Below are positions 44,716-61,122 of a stretch of 64,000 bases of DNA, one piece after another. The notes below the pieces were generated by a model. The model did not search any database. It saw only the letters and a list, made by a program, of their open reading frames with translations, and was not told where the DNA came from. The position numbers were made by a program, and so were the translations under genes. Source of the stretch: the human T2T-CHM13v2.0 reference genome, Homo sapiens; assembly GCF_009914755.1 (NCBI RefSeq), contig NC_060930.1, one strand, 5' to 3'. Each line of letters opens with the position of its first letter. The first letter of the stretch is position 1.

Positions 44716-46638
44716 GAGATTGTGTGCACATATATATTTACATATACATATATTTCTTTATGGTAACTGCAACTGGTACACATGCTTTTATGTTTAGGAG
44801 TAGTTTATAGCTTTCCACTGACTATTCTTTATTTTGTCATATCAGTTGAACCTGAGTAAATGTAAAAATGGGTATATACTATTGCACATGTAGTCAAGAG
44901 AGCTAAGTTACATATGCCTGATATAAAATGTATTCTTTGTAATAGTTGGACAATAATAGTTGAATATGGGGCAAGATATCTTATGAAAATAATTCATTAT
45001 TGACTGTTTTAGTTCTTATTGGAAATGTTCAATGCTTTAGTCATGTTATTGTACTAAAGAATGAGAGTTAGTTGAGGTCTAACACGATAGGGCTTTATCT
45101 GTAGCCACACCATCTGGAAACATCTAGTGTAACTCTGTGATTTTGCTTTACTCATAGGACTATTAGAGCTGTGGGGAGGAACTATAATACAAGACAGAGT
45201 TTCTAAAAGTGTGAAAGACCAAGTAATACATTTGCTTTTGCCTTTGGTATTGGCATATCCAACACATCTATGCTGTTCTTGGGTATGATAGCTTAAAAAT
45301 ATTATTTGAACCCATTCATATTTAGGAAGGGTGTCAGAAATTGAGAAGCAGGCATACCCATCTACTCTAAAAATGATCCTAAAGTAAATTGCTTGAATAA
45401 ATTAGATTGAAAAGATTCTTGGTGGGGGACTTTTTAAAGTTGTCCTCAATATGTCCATATTCAAGTGAAGGTAAGAGAAGCCCAGACAAAAAAAGTTGTG
45501 AGATGACAGGACAACTATGGATTAAGCATCAATTCTTTTAAAAAGGGCTGACTTAAAAATAAATCTTGGCTCAATTAGAGGAACTTAGCTGACCTTGATG
45601 GGCAAAGAAAGGAATCACAACATGTGAAATTCTTTGGATAAAGAATGTATTGACTTAAAAAAATGAGAGTAGCTTTTATATAGCATTGGTAATTCCATTT
45701 AAAGAAAACTCTATTGTTATATATTCAAACTTCTGGACTAGTGAAATTAAACAGTATCCTTAGATTGCACAGTAGGTTGTTTAAAATAGAAACTATTCTG
45801 GCAATTATTTATCTGTGAAAATTAAAATTTTCTATCTGTTCTACAAAAGGCAGGCTAACCAAATGACAGATAGAAAGAAAATAACTCAGAAACTAATTAA
45901 AGTGTATCCTCAGATTTAAGGTAGATTACTCTTTATTAAAAATTACAGTTTAAAACATTGGTATCCCAAATATTCAATTATAAAATTTTGGGCCCATGAA
46001 AACATTCTCATGGATAAACTTTGTAGTAAATACACAGCATAAACTTGAAATTTAAATAAACATATACCAATAAAAACATCTATTTTATATAATTCATGGA
46101 TATAATTTATATTTAACATTTTATTTAAGCACTTTAATACACAGTATCACTGTAAACAAAATATGAATACCTCTGTACCCAGCAAAAGAGCAAACCAAAT
46201 GAAAGATGTACTAGTTCATAAGGAACATCTACCCTTTATCAAAGTTGATGCTAAGAACATAACTATTCTCTCAAAGACATAAATTTTATCATTTCCTGTA
46301 TTATCTTTTGAAATGGGACTTATCTTCTGTACTGTGAAATATGAAGGAATCCCAAGATTAGCTTTAGGTTGTCTTTGGATCCCTGGAATTTTCTCAAAAA
46401 TTTTCTATCTGCATCTGAGGGTGGTGGATGGATCAAGTCTATAACTACATTTTTTTAAATGTTACAACAAAATGTATTAACACATGTATAGTGTTATGGT
46501 TAGTTCTCAGTACAAATTACCTATTATTAACGAGATATTTATATGCTGAATTGTGTTAATACATGCTTTCACACAAATATTTTTCCATTACACATGAGTT
46601 TTCCAACCAATAGATGAATATATATTTGAATTACAATT

Positions 46639-48669
<2,031 letters not shown>

Positions 48670-49297
48670 TGAATTTAAAGTGTATTTTAGGTTTTGATTC
48701 TTTTAGTGTATCATTCACTGAAACAGTATAGGATTGATCATCTTTCTGGACTTTATGTGAAAAACTTTTCTCCTCAGGAGAGAAAATGACTCAAATAACT
48801 ATTTAATATTTTAGAACACATTATCATTTCAGATTGATTAGAATAAATTACCCTAAATATGTCACATTATTCAAATGTGCTTTGAAGGTTTGTGTTTTAT
48901 TTATTTATTTAAGACAATTTTAGAGCTTATCAATGAATTTCCACTTTGTTGGTATCTCTGTATTCACTTCTACATTCCTTTGGTTTCTAAGATCAGTATT
49001 TTATTTATTTGATAGAATCATTCATTTTAATATAATCACTTTTTAATAAACAGTTTAGGTGAACAGTGCATGCGTGTTCACATTCCAGTTTCAATAAATT
49101 ATGTGTATTTGCTCTCCTACCCACATTTTTACACAGCTTCTCAGAAATCTCTTAGCTCAGTCAGTCATAATTCCCTCCTTAATGAATAATAGAATTGCTT
49201 TTCTCCCACAGATCATTATAGAAGATGAGTAGTCTACGATGCTGGAAATTTTTATATATTCTATATGCTTGAAATGAGTATCACTAGTTGTCTAGCA

Positions 49298-49499
49298 CAG
49301 GATTGTTCAATAGAGCATTCTGCTATTATGGCCATGTTCTATATATGAGCTGTCCAGTTCAATAGCCATTGGTGACATATGGCTATTGAGCATTTGAAAT
49401 GTGGCTAGTGCAATAGAGGGACTGAAATTTAATTTAATTTAGTAAGTTTAAATTTAAATACCCATGTGTGACCACTGAGTACCAATATGAACAGTGTAG
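49298..49499. mobile_element. MER3-like hAT-Charlie DNA transposon
   Basis: TGGCTATTGAGCATTTGAAATGTGGCTAGTG, with TGTTCAATA...TATGAACAG terminal repeats. Confidence 0.85.
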
Positions 49500-50898
49500 C
49501 TCTAGAGAGTTATCTGCCTAGAAAATTTTCTGGAGAATATCTTGTAGTTGTAGGAACATGTTAGCAAGCTGTCATTCTTCAAGCATAATAGCGATTTATA
49601 AAAATTCCAAATTCTATGAAACTTTTTGAAAACTTATGCTGATATTTCTTAAGATACCCTGGATTTTTTTACTTATATATCATGTTGTTATCAAGTTTCC
49701 TAATTAAGACTAATAGAATATCCCAAACATTTGTATGAATTTATTATATGTCCCTATTTATTTTTCAAAAATAATTACTAAAAAGAATTCACAAAAAAAT
49801 TCTTCACTGAAGATTTGGTGAAAACTATTCAGTGGGATTTACTCCTACTTCATATCACCCTTTTTACACAGTGCTTACCAAATACGTGTTCACACTTAAA
49901 TTTTTTTTTAAAAAAAGCTTGCTTTAGAACTTGAATGGCTATATTTAAGCCATTTTTTCTTTGTGAAAATATCTCTCCAATTTCGTGCAGCATCTAGCTT
50001 ATGACAGTTGCTGTCTTATTTTATTCACCCTCCCACGTTTTAAAAATATGATTTTTTAATTTAATGACAATCTATCTTGGCAGTTGGCAATTTGAGTTGT
50101 AAAAAGTGCTTTCTTTTTTCAACATTTGGCCTTTTGGTACAAATAACATGACAAAGATTGTGTTTTAAGATAATCCATTCAGTTTTCATTTCAAAGCTAA
50201 TTATTATTTTTAATAATTTTAATGGCTTATATTTTACTATAGTTTCCTTTTCAAAAGTTGCTAAGCATGTTATTTAAAATTTTTACTCATTCATCTTAAT
50301 GTTGACTTGTGAAGTGATCAATATTTATTAAAGCTAAATTGTCTTTACTTGTTTGTGCCCTGTACTGAGTCCAACTCAAGGTACTTACTTGCTTTGTAGA
50401 TTTAAATAACTTTGCTTAAGGAAGCTGTCCCTAACTCTGTTTTAAATCCTTACCTCCACATTTTGACACAGTAAAGCTTTGTGTTAATTTTTGTGTGAAA
50501 AAGATAATTAAAGTTTCCTAGTATATTACCTAGAGTTTCCCAAGTGCCATTAACCTATTGAAACAGTTCATCTATAGAATAATTACATTTCTATTGCTGC
50601 TGCTAAAAACTATATATCCTATAAATATTTAATCAACAATTGTTTGAATACTTAAAGTATTTTCAGAGATAGCCAACTTGGATCTTCATAGGGTTAAGAA
50701 AATTATTCTCAAACATGAATTTTGAGAAAGGACACAATATAACTTAATTTCTTAGGAGTAAGTGCTGAAAGTTGAAAGAAAATAAGATTGGGAAATAAGA
50801 ACAGAGATGGAATATGAATAAAATAGTATCACAGCATTACAGTATCACAGAGGATTAAGGACAAGGAATATAAACTTTCTTTGTGAAGGTTAGTATTT

Positions 50899-51128
50899 AG
50901 CTCACTCTAACCTCTGCCTCCCAGGTTCAAGTAATTCTCCTGCCTCAGCCTCCCAAGTAGCTGGGATTATAGGCGAACACCACCATGACCAGCTAATTTT
51001 TGTATTTTAGTAGAGATGGGGTTTCACCATGTTGGCCAGGCTGGTATCAAACTCCTGACCTCAGGTAATCTGCCCACTTGGGCCTGCCAGAGTGCTGGGA
51101 TTACAGGCGTGAGCCACCATGCCCGGCC
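50899..51128 (-). mobile_element. AluS lacking its 3' ~50 bp and tail
   Basis: Intact 5' end (GCCCGGCC at 51121-51128); stops abruptly at AGCTCACT with no poly-T. Confidence 0.92.
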
Positions 51129-53399
51129 TGTTTTGTTTTATCAGTGCATCTCTCCTGATTCTGATACTCATCCATAATCAGAAAGTTAGTGGATTATCAA
51201 TTTAGTGTTATTATTATTAATGTGTTAGTAAACTTTACTATCCTGTATCAAATACTTTTTGTCAAATATTTCTAAGAGCCAGAAAGTGCTTGTCATATAA
51301 ACAATTAGCCATCAGTAAATATTTACCCTAGTTTTAAAAACATCTTTAAATTTACTGATTTTACATTTGTTAGTCTATTAGACCCTTGGAATAAGGGAAA
51401 TCATAATAATAACTATTTCAAGGAAGAATAGTGCAAAACTTAAAGGATGTACTTAAGTCAGTCAATAAGTGGAAAGAGCTACAAGTGGATGTATCATTTC
51501 TCTGTCATTTCAGTAGACTCTGATAAATCTTAGAACATGGATTTGCAAGATTCTGTGTTGTGTTGACAGAGGAGTCACATTTAGATACGTATAAATAGAG
51601 GTAGAAATAATAGTGAACATCATTTACTGAAACTCCAGCATGAATTTTCAAACTGTGATCTGTTTTGCAGCCTAATTTTAATGATAAACACTTATTGTCA
51701 GCAGGTAAAAATAAAGCAACAATTCCTATTAATACTATCTCTTTTAAAGTCGTTTTGTGTTCTTAACAATTCCCTTTAACTCTAGGATGGCAGTAATGGG
51801 CTTCCTTTTTTTTTTTCCTCCTTACTTTGCTTCATTTATTTCTCCTGCCTTCCTTTTGAAATATGTTAAGAGCTGAGTGTAGCTGATAACTCAAAAATAA
51901 AATTAATAGAAATCATGTGAGACAACAAACAACATATCACTTGCATTGATCTCTCATGATCTCTTCAATGATTCTCATTTAAATCACTTTTTTTCTTAAC
52001 CTTCACAACATATAATGGTTAGATTATTAAAAAATTAAATACTTAAACTATAGTGGAACTTTTTTTAAGGAGTAGACCTCTTTAATAGATCTCAGAGAAC
52101 TTAAGCAAATAGAGCTTCCCATAACTTCACATCAACATTCTTTTTGTTGTTAAAGGCAACAATCAGCGATAATGTTGGCAGCTAATCGCATAGCAGTGAT
52201 GATTTGACATCTACCTCTTGACAGCACATTTTAGCTTCCATTTATTACTAAGACATCAGTTAACAGAGATTGGAAGGGACAATCTATCTCTCCTACCCTA
52301 ACTTTGGTGTGTTACAGCAAAAGAAAATTGATTTAAGTGACGAAGTCTCAGATACCACTGTTATTTTACCCAATATTTAATGGATTCTAAATCTGGGCAG
52401 AAACATGCTCAGACAATGTCTAATTCTAAACAGCATTCTAACCCAAAAAATGTGACTCCTCTGTCAGCACAACGCAGACCTCCTATGGAAGATTTTAAAA
52501 GAATCATGCACAGAACTGCAAATATTTCATTTTAACTTCCATCCCATCCCATGCTGTGATGTTTTCCTTGTTCCTTATGTGCAGGTCAGTCTGCATATTT
52601 CCCACAGAATTCCCGCAGAGGACCTTTGACATGTACACAAAGTTATAAAAACATTAGGTTGAGCCCGGATACGAAATATGGAGAAATATTCCAAAACTTT
52701 ACCCAGTAAAATCCTATTAAAAGAGTTACAAAGGGAAAGCTGATTACCTTGGTGAGAAGTTGTCTTGATTCAATTTCTTTATTATAAGTTTTAAAATGGT
52801 GTGTCCACAAATACCAGTGGAAAGTCCAATCAGTAACTTAAAATGAAAAAAATATATATATTTAAACACATTTTCTTTGCCTTCTTTGGTGGCCTAAGAT
52901 GGCAACAGTAGAAAGACTCTGCTAGTTTTTTGTTTTGGGTCACGTTTGGTATGAAGAACAGCTCCATATCATCTAAATATGATGTCAACAGTATTCTTAC
53001 TTCTCAAAATTTACTCATGAGGTAAGTGGACTTTAGTGTCAACAAAAACTACAGAGGCAGCAGGTATTAGTTGATGGTTATTACATGGCTTTTTGGTTCA
53101 TAATATTAAAACAAGCATCTTCTGTATGTGACTATATTAATTAACTAATTCTGGCAGGGTAAGCCAATACCACAGTTATATGTAGGAATATACAAGGACA
53201 TATAAAATATGTTACAGTTGGAAAGCACACAAGAGTTGTTTAGAAATTTCAGTTCCTGGACTGGAAATAGTGTATTTGGATTACAACTGATTCTGTTAAT
53301 ATTCAGTTTCATCTCTTTAACAAGGGCAGTATTTATAGACTATGTTAGGAATCTATTTACCCATCTTTATGCTGAATACAAATGACATTTAAAAAAACA

Positions 53400-53580
53400 A
53401 ACTTTATTTTTCAGAAAAGTTTTAGATGTACAAAAATGTGCAAAGGTGATACAGACTTCCTGTACACCCACAATGAGTTTCTCCTATACTTTATATGTTA
53501 CCTTAGAACCATGCATTTGCCACAATTAAATAACCAATTGATATAATGTTATTAATTAAAGTCCATACTTTATTCAGATG
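53400..53580 (-). mobile_element. L1MC/MD-like 3' end fragment
   Basis: TTTTAGATGTACAAAAATGTGCAAAG...ATTAAAGTCCATACTTTATTCAGAT. Confidence 0.6.
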
Positions 53581-53901
53581 CAGACATTGTTTTTAGTGAA
53601 GAGAAAGTAAAGGCCATATAAGGAGTGGAGAACGCTGTACAATTATGACCTGAGCTTTAATTAGCATTCAGCTACTAACATGCTTTGTGCTCATATTCAC
53701 GTCCTGGCCTATAGTTCCCTGTCTATAAAATTTGTAAGTTTGAATGATATGAACTCCAATCTGTTCCCTAGTTCTAAATTTTCTAATTATTTTACTTATG
53801 ACAAATCTGCACAATAGACATTTAGCAAAACACTATTTAAGTAAGTACAGTAAATAAAGTTTTGTTTTTCAAAAATAAGAGTATTAATAACAACCTCATG
53901 G

Positions 53902-53970
53902 CCGTGATTGCCTTGCGCCATTGTACTTCAGCCTGGGTAACAGGGAGACCCTGTCTCAAAAAAGAATAAC
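53902..53970 (+). mobile_element. Severely 5'-truncated Alu (3' ~55 bp plus tail)
   Basis: GCGCCATTGTACTTCAGCCTGGGTAACAGGGAGACCCTGTCTCAAAAAA; 16-bp TSD AATAA(C/T)AACCTCATGG. Confidence 0.88.
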
Positions 53971-56969
53971 AATAATAACCTCATGGAAGCTCTTTTGATC
54001 ATTTTACCTTTAATCAACCTATCTCATTCAACAAATATTTATTGAATGTTTATTATATGTCAGGTACTTTCAAGTCATCATGGTTAACACTATTAATGAA
54101 ATAGGTGCTCTCCAATTCAATTTGAGACTAGGGAAACCAGAGCTCTATACAAGGTCAGTAGCCAGACAAAGCTCATCACTTGAGGTTTAGAAAAATCTTA
54201 ATATGATACAGAAGCCTTGGTTCATCTACAGACAACATTTAAGACATCTCAAAATCTGAACTTCAACTGTGGTGGACATTTGTTACACTTGTGCACGGTG
54301 TTTACTCCCTCAATAAAAAGAAAGCTGGGCAAACATTTTTACCCACATCGAGCTTACATTCTACTGGAATAATTCAGAATTACACCCAATAATTTTAAAT
54401 AAGTTTGTATCTGTATCATATCATATATTTGGACTTTGGAGAATACAAATTAAGGAGAAAGATATCCCAATGAGTAAGAAGAAGATTATTTCCAGTTATA
54501 AATAATGCACATAAGCTAAAATATGAAGAAAAACTAAAAGCAAAAATAATTATTTGCCCCCCCCTTCACACAGATGAACAAAGAAGAAAAAAGCCCAGTG
54601 AGAAATATCTTTTATTTATTTGGCCAGTCTCAGTTTAGGCCAGCTGTTCAGTTGTATTTCTTAAGAGGAACTCTTTCCCTATTAATCTGTCTTGGTTTGG
54701 ACCATAAGTTATATGTTTAACCCACACAAAATATAGCCAAAATATTGGAAGAAGTCAGATCTAAATGTCTTATTTTCCCATTGGGGGTCTTTGCTGTTTG
54801 TGTCAATAATTGTGTGCCCCTGGATAATTACAAGTAAGTGCCTGATCAGTTTCAAGTGATAGATAATTCATTCGCAATAGTAATATTTTTCTTAAGTAAA
54901 ACCATTTGCAATTATATTAGAAAACATGCAATGTATAAGAAATATAAGGATGATGGCATAAATTAAATCATATTATTCACACAGCATTTAAATGTACATC
55001 ATTTCAGTGTTTTGAAACTGTTTTTTTTTTCATACTATTTTCACACAGATGGACACTACAATTCATTTGCTGGTCCTGAGTGGGTCTGGACAAACATTAG
55101 AAAGAGCAAGACCGGAAAAGTACTATTGTAATCATTTTGATTTAAAAAAGAGGAATTGGAGTAAGCACTAGAAGTAGAAATGGAGAAATACGAATTCCAG
55201 GGCTATTAGGACACAGCAATAAATTTTGACAGGCCTATTTAATATAGAAGCCATAGGAAAGGGAGGAATCCAGAAAGACTCCCAAGTTTCAGGCTCAAGG
55301 TGACTATCTTTTGAATGGGAAAAAAATGATGAAGAATGCAAAATAAAAAGTTTGTTGATTTATTTATGCATCCAAGTTGAGCCAAATAATGATGTGTTTG
55401 TTTGTGCTTTAACATCATCTTTTCCTTTACATATTCTTAGAGTTCTTAGAATGCCAATCCTGTGGCTTGTGGTTGTTGATTGGCACAAATCATGCATAAC
55501 AAAGTCAGATTTTATAGCAATTTATTAGTTTTAAAATTATTTTAAAATACGCTCTAACACTTTTATTTAGAAACTGGATATAGCTGGATTTTAAATCAAA
55601 ACCTGTGAATAAAATTAACAAATCGTGTTTTAACTTAAACCAATTAAAAATAATATGTTACAAAGTGTTATTTTAGTTTTTCTAAAACCCAGTTCCCTGA
55701 AACTGCTTTTAATTACAGTGACATATGACCTTTACTTGAAAAAGCAAATTGTTGGAATTTTGGCATTACCACCTGTGATACAGCCTTTTTGGTTTTCCAT
55801 ATAGGATAATGTTACACTGGGCCCAAATCACTCAATGTAGAGCAATGTGTGGTGAGGTGAGGAGCTAGAACCATCACTGCTCAGCTTTGTAAGCTCATTG
55901 GCTTCCCCATGTTTTGACTTACAAAGGGGAGACCTAGTGAAAAGAAAGCTTGGTATGATAGCATACTCCCTGCATGGATTGAAAAAGTCGTTTATTTCAG
56001 TGCTACGTTTATGAGAAGATGGCCTTCTCTGATGCCTAGCCCACAGGTCTGGTGGTTTTTTTTTGTTGTTGTTGTTTTTATAACGAATTTTCCCTTTCAT
56101 AAAGTTTGATGAAACATTTCCCAGATGAAAAATGAAATATAAACATCATGATGACTATCTTCCTTCCACCTTCTTGCAACACTCCCTATGGCTTTGAAAG
56201 CCTCCAGTAGGCATCTTGCAATGACTAATTTCCAGGTGGTTTGAAAATGCTGGAAGACTTGATGGGGAGAAACACCGGTCCTACAACATAGACTAGAGCA
56301 ATCTATGCTCATGTTGCCTTTTTTTGGTCTCATTTGGTGTTTCGCTCACTTTAGCCTTTATCTCTTTTATTATTCTGTTTCTTTTCATTTCTATCCATTT
56401 ACAAAGGTTTCCAAAATTTATCTTTCTTAAAATGTTCCTTACAGAATAGTTTGCTAAAAGTAAGAGAAAGAAGTAGTTTGTAGGGTGCCTTTCTGGGTTT
56501 TCTTATCAAAAATAACAAACATATATAGATAAATGTGCTTTTATTTTACTTCCCGTGAGAGAAATCTAATTGAATGATATGATTTCTGATCAAAATGTGA
56601 AATTTTTTCTTCCACCAATAATCACCTACAGTTGCCTCTCCTAGGAACTTAAACATTGGAAACATAAATTAAACTGTTCTGAAATTTTTTCCTTCCCTTA
56701 AGGCTCTGTGGAAAGTATAATTGTTTTGACAATCAAAGCCCAAGAATTCAAATTTTAATTAATTTCCTTGATATTTTAAAATTCCAAACGTAAATAGTGA
56801 TTATGAGCTGGTAGCTGTCTATCAAATACTACCAGTTCTCTTTCTGCTCCATTAATATATTTTTCTGACAATATGTATATTTTTAGGTTAGCTACATTAT
56901 AACATATTACATAGTTAAATAAGACTTGAGAACATCTTTTAATATCAGGAAGATCCTAATATTTATGCA

Positions 56970-58150
56970 TAAATTCATTCAATAGTAAAATAATAGTTAT
57001 TAATCAACCAATATGTAGAGTATATTGCACAAGGCCACTCTAGGGAATAAAATTATATAGATGACCTGGACCCTGATTCTAAGAAGCTTGCAATTTAATT
57101 AAGAAAAATTAAATTGTGAAATAATTATGAGCAAAAGCATATAATACATGTTATAGGTAATGTGGAAAGGCTGAACCTGGTAGCTCACATGTGGAATCCT
57201 GGCACTTTTGGAGGCTAAGTCGGGAGGATTGTCTGAGCCCAGGAGTTTGAGACCAGACTGAACAATATGGCAAGACCTGGTGTCTACAAAAATTTTTCAA
57301 TGTAACCAAGCGAGGTGGTGCACGCCTGTAGTCTCAGCTACTCAGGGGGCTGAGGTAGGAGGATCGCTTGAGCCAAGAAGGTCAAGGTTGCAGTGAGCTG
57401 TGTTCATACCACTGCACTCCACTCTGGGTGACACAGCAAGACCCTGTATCAAAATAAATAAATTAACTAATTAAATTAATAAGTAAATAAAATGAATAAG
57501 GTGGAAGAAAGTCTATGAGGTTCAAGAAGTCAGGGAGTTGATTTATGGTTAGGAGATACTAGGTTTGTCAAAGGAAATAATGTCTGAGCTAGACATGAAA
57601 GAACGTGTGGGAACTCAACAGGTGGAGATTAATGAAAAAAGGGAATATTATGAGAAAAATCAAAGTGGTGGAAACATTGATCAGGCAACAAAATAACCAC
57701 TGGCAGAAGAAACTTTCTATGTAGAGTAGTGGTGAATTCTAGTAAATGAATGACCTGAGTGCTAATGGACATTGAATTTCAAAATCACGTTTCGCTACAT
57801 AATTCAGTAAGCAATGAGGAACAATTAAATGCTTCTGGATTTGAAAGTGTTTTTAATTTAGAAATAGGTGATCACATATTACAGGGAATAATACAAGTGA
57901 GTTCAAATGTCATCTTTCTTTTTAGAGATTCAAGAGATATTGTCTTGAGCAGATAAATTAAGAAAAGAGGAATAACTATAATATTTAGAATTATAGAGGT
58001 AACCACCAGAAGAACAACAACAAGAATAGAACTCGTAAAGTCAACTCAGAGAAATGAGACTGGAGGTAGTAAGAGGTGGAAATAGACTTGTGTCACCTCA
58101 TAAATTCTCACCGGGAGGAGGGTGATGATGATGTGAATGACTCTCAAGTA
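56970..58150 (-). mobile_element. L2 remnant with nested AluJ
   Basis: TCATTCAAT...CCCTGATTCTAAGAAGCTTGCAAT...TCTGAGCTAGACATGAAAGAAC L2 3' features. Confidence 0.6.
57169..57495 (+). mobile_element. AluJ
   Basis: GGAGGATTGTCTGAGCCCAGGAGTTTGAGACC, GGATCGCTTGAGCC; AT-rich tail. Confidence 0.9.
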
Positions 58151-60635
58151 CATATCTCAAGCATAAACATCTCCACTGAGGTACAGTTACATATCCAATT
58201 GCCATATGAATATAAACTTGAATGTCTCTTAATATCATTAGAATATAAATTCCACGAGACTGGGGACTTTGGCTCACTAATTCACATGCAATAGTTGGCC
58301 CGTAATAGGTACCAAATAACCCTTTTCCTACTAAACATTTATCTAAAATTTAATGTCTTCATAAACAAACTTATTATTTTCCTCATATAAGTTGAGGTCC
58401 TTTGTTTTAAATTTTGGTCTCTCTAATCACTCACTGTAGCACACAGAAAGTGACTAATAATGTTAGAAGTAAATGTTTTCACAATTTAATAAAAGAGGAA
58501 CAGGAAGTGTTAGGTAGTTTTCAACCAAAAAAATTATTTAAATTATTAACAGTTTTCTTTTTAAGATAATGCCCAATTATACATCAAATTTAATCCTTAT
58601 TCCCCTCCCCTTTTATTGTCTTGGAGCTTATTGATTGGTCTTAATGGCTATAATTACTAGTTTTGTGATGTAGTAAACTAAATGAATAATGAAGAGGAAA
58701 AGAAAATGTAATGTATTTAACAATTGCTTTCTGACAGAATACTTTAATTCTGGTCACAGACTCAATATTTTCCTCTGGGGGAAACAAGCAAGGAAACAAA
58801 CAACAGTTTCACAGTTTTCCATACTTAGAATTGACAGACTTCCTAGTTCTAAGTGTGGATATGTTGTGAAGGCACATTATTATTATTTTCTTTTACCCTG
58901 CCACTGGAGGAAATTCTAATAACCGTCTAGAACCGCTTAAACACAATAAGATGTTTATAAGAATTTTTAAGAGAAAGAGAGAGAAGGAGGGAGAAAGTAT
59001 CCTTTATCCTATAGCAATTTAAGTTTGCCTGAGAACGAAGTCAACATGCAGAGAGGGAGAGACAAAAAATACAGAAAGACTGAATATAAATGATAATTTT
59101 TTTTTCCTGGTTCAAGCAAGAACTGAAACTCTGTGTTTTTGAGTTTCAAGAACTATTAAATTCTTGTTTTGTCTCAAGCTAATTGTTTGACTTGAGTTTT
59201 CTTCAACTCTCATCATTGCAAATATTCTCACGTTCATTTCTGTCTTAGTTGAGGGCTATTTATTATTTTCTATGTAGATATAAAAAATGAACAAAACAGA
59301 TCTTAACCCTGTGAAGAGGTCTAGCCTGAGAGGCAGAAATATATACAGATAATTAAAACCTGATGCAGCCATGCAGAGAAAGAAATGTGGGCATTTTGGG
59401 CCCTGAGGTATTATAGGAAAGGCACCTGAACTCAGACTTCATGGAAATAAGGCATGACACTGGGATGACAGTGGAAAAAAGGACAACATTCCAGCAAAAG
59501 GGACAGCAGGGACAAAAGTATGAAAGGCATAAATGGCACAGTGTGTGCAGCTGTGTTGTTTCATGTGTAAAGTATTTCCTCCGTGAGGTTTCCTGAAATT
59601 ACTTGGTCTGTTTTCATGCCACTCCTCTTATCTACTACAAACATCTACCACTCTGTAGAATAATTTTTTGCTTCATGGTCTACTTTCCCTATAGACATTA
59701 AGCTCTGTGAAGGCAGGAAAGTATGGGCTACACATTAGAAATATACATTGACACATGTGATTGAATTTCACTGGCCTGAATGTTAAAATTAATATGTTTC
59801 CCATTTATACGTCAAGATTTTTGAAGTTATTGAAGAATGACTGGTTAGGTAGTCAATAAATCCAGCACTGAGAAGATTCAAAATCAGTGAGGAGAAATTG
59901 GGCATATGGTGTTTGACTTATTCAGCTATCAAAATGCTAATATTCCTCAGAATTGTTTAAAAGACTCTGAAATTATTATAAAATCCTTTGTATAATTCTT
60001 TTTTATTTGATTTATTTTAAAAATGTTTTAAGGCAAAAGAAGATGATTACTTTGGAGTAAAACAGAAGGCCAGAATGCTTTCAGTTCTCAACACCGATAT
60101 GGCTATAACTTATTAAAAAACAATTTACATGCTTCTTATGTGGTTTCAGAGAAAAGTAGCATATTCAAGAATATCATTTTCACCTTGCTTTCCACTTACT
60201 TCTTCCCTGAGAACTCACAGGAGATGTCAAAAATGTGACCTCCCCCAATCACTGAAAATTTTAATATTACATAATATGCTACTAGCATCTTTTAAGAAAA
60301 TAAAGTATTGCATTGGTAACCCCTGCCATGTCTATGGCACATCTATAAGAATGGCTGACCTTTAGCAAAATATTGAAATAAGTGATAGCTTAAAAATCTT
60401 CTGATTCATCTTTTCAGATCTCTTCTATCTCCGTTATGGCCTGTGTTCCTATGCCTCCAAGGCTCTCTGCCCTTAATGTGGGCAGGACCCAAGATTTCCA
60501 GGTAGACCTAATTCTTTTCTTCCCTACCTACTAGAAATTATCTCTCCAACTAATAATGATCTTAAAACCCTAAAATTGCTGGTGCCAGGGGAAACAACTA
60601 AAGGTACCAAATTTAGTTGGGAAACAAATGATGTA

Positions 60636-61122
60636 CTGTAGTCCCATCTTATCTGTGGTTTCAGTTTCTGTGGTTTCTTACTCATGGTCAACTCTGGCCC
60701 AAAAATATTCAATGGAAAATTTCAGAAATAAACCACTTCTAATTTTTAAATTGTGTGTGTGCCATTTCGAGTGGCCTGATGAAATCTAGCACCATTTCAG
60801 CTGGGATGCAAATCATCCCTTTGTCCAGTATAGACATGCCATGTAGGGTCCCTACACATTAGTCACTTTAGTAGCTGTCTTGGTTATCAGATCGACTGTC
60901 ATGGTATCATTTTAGATCCCAAAGCACAAGAATAGTGATGCTGGCAATTTAGATTGCCAAAGGCAATCTGTAAGGTGCTCGCTTTAAATGAAAACGTGAT
61001 TGTTTATCATAAGTATGTGTGTATAGAAAAAATTGTATATATAAGTTTTGGCACTATCTGTGGTTACAGGCATCTACTGGGGGTCTCGGGACACTTTCCA
61101 AACAGATAAGGGGGGACTACTG
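60636..61122. mobile_element. MER44-like Tigger (Tc1/mariner) MITE
   Basis: TIRs CTGTAGTCCCATCTTATCTG / CAGATAAGGGGGGACTACTG; TA on the left flank. Confidence 0.9.

Noticed and set aside
55828-56333. Two adjacent minus-strand ORFs (90 and 78 aa) in repeat-free DNA
   Set aside because: Unrecognisable peptides, one crossing a (GTT)n/T-run. The region may be regulatory, but nothing in the sequence supports a call.
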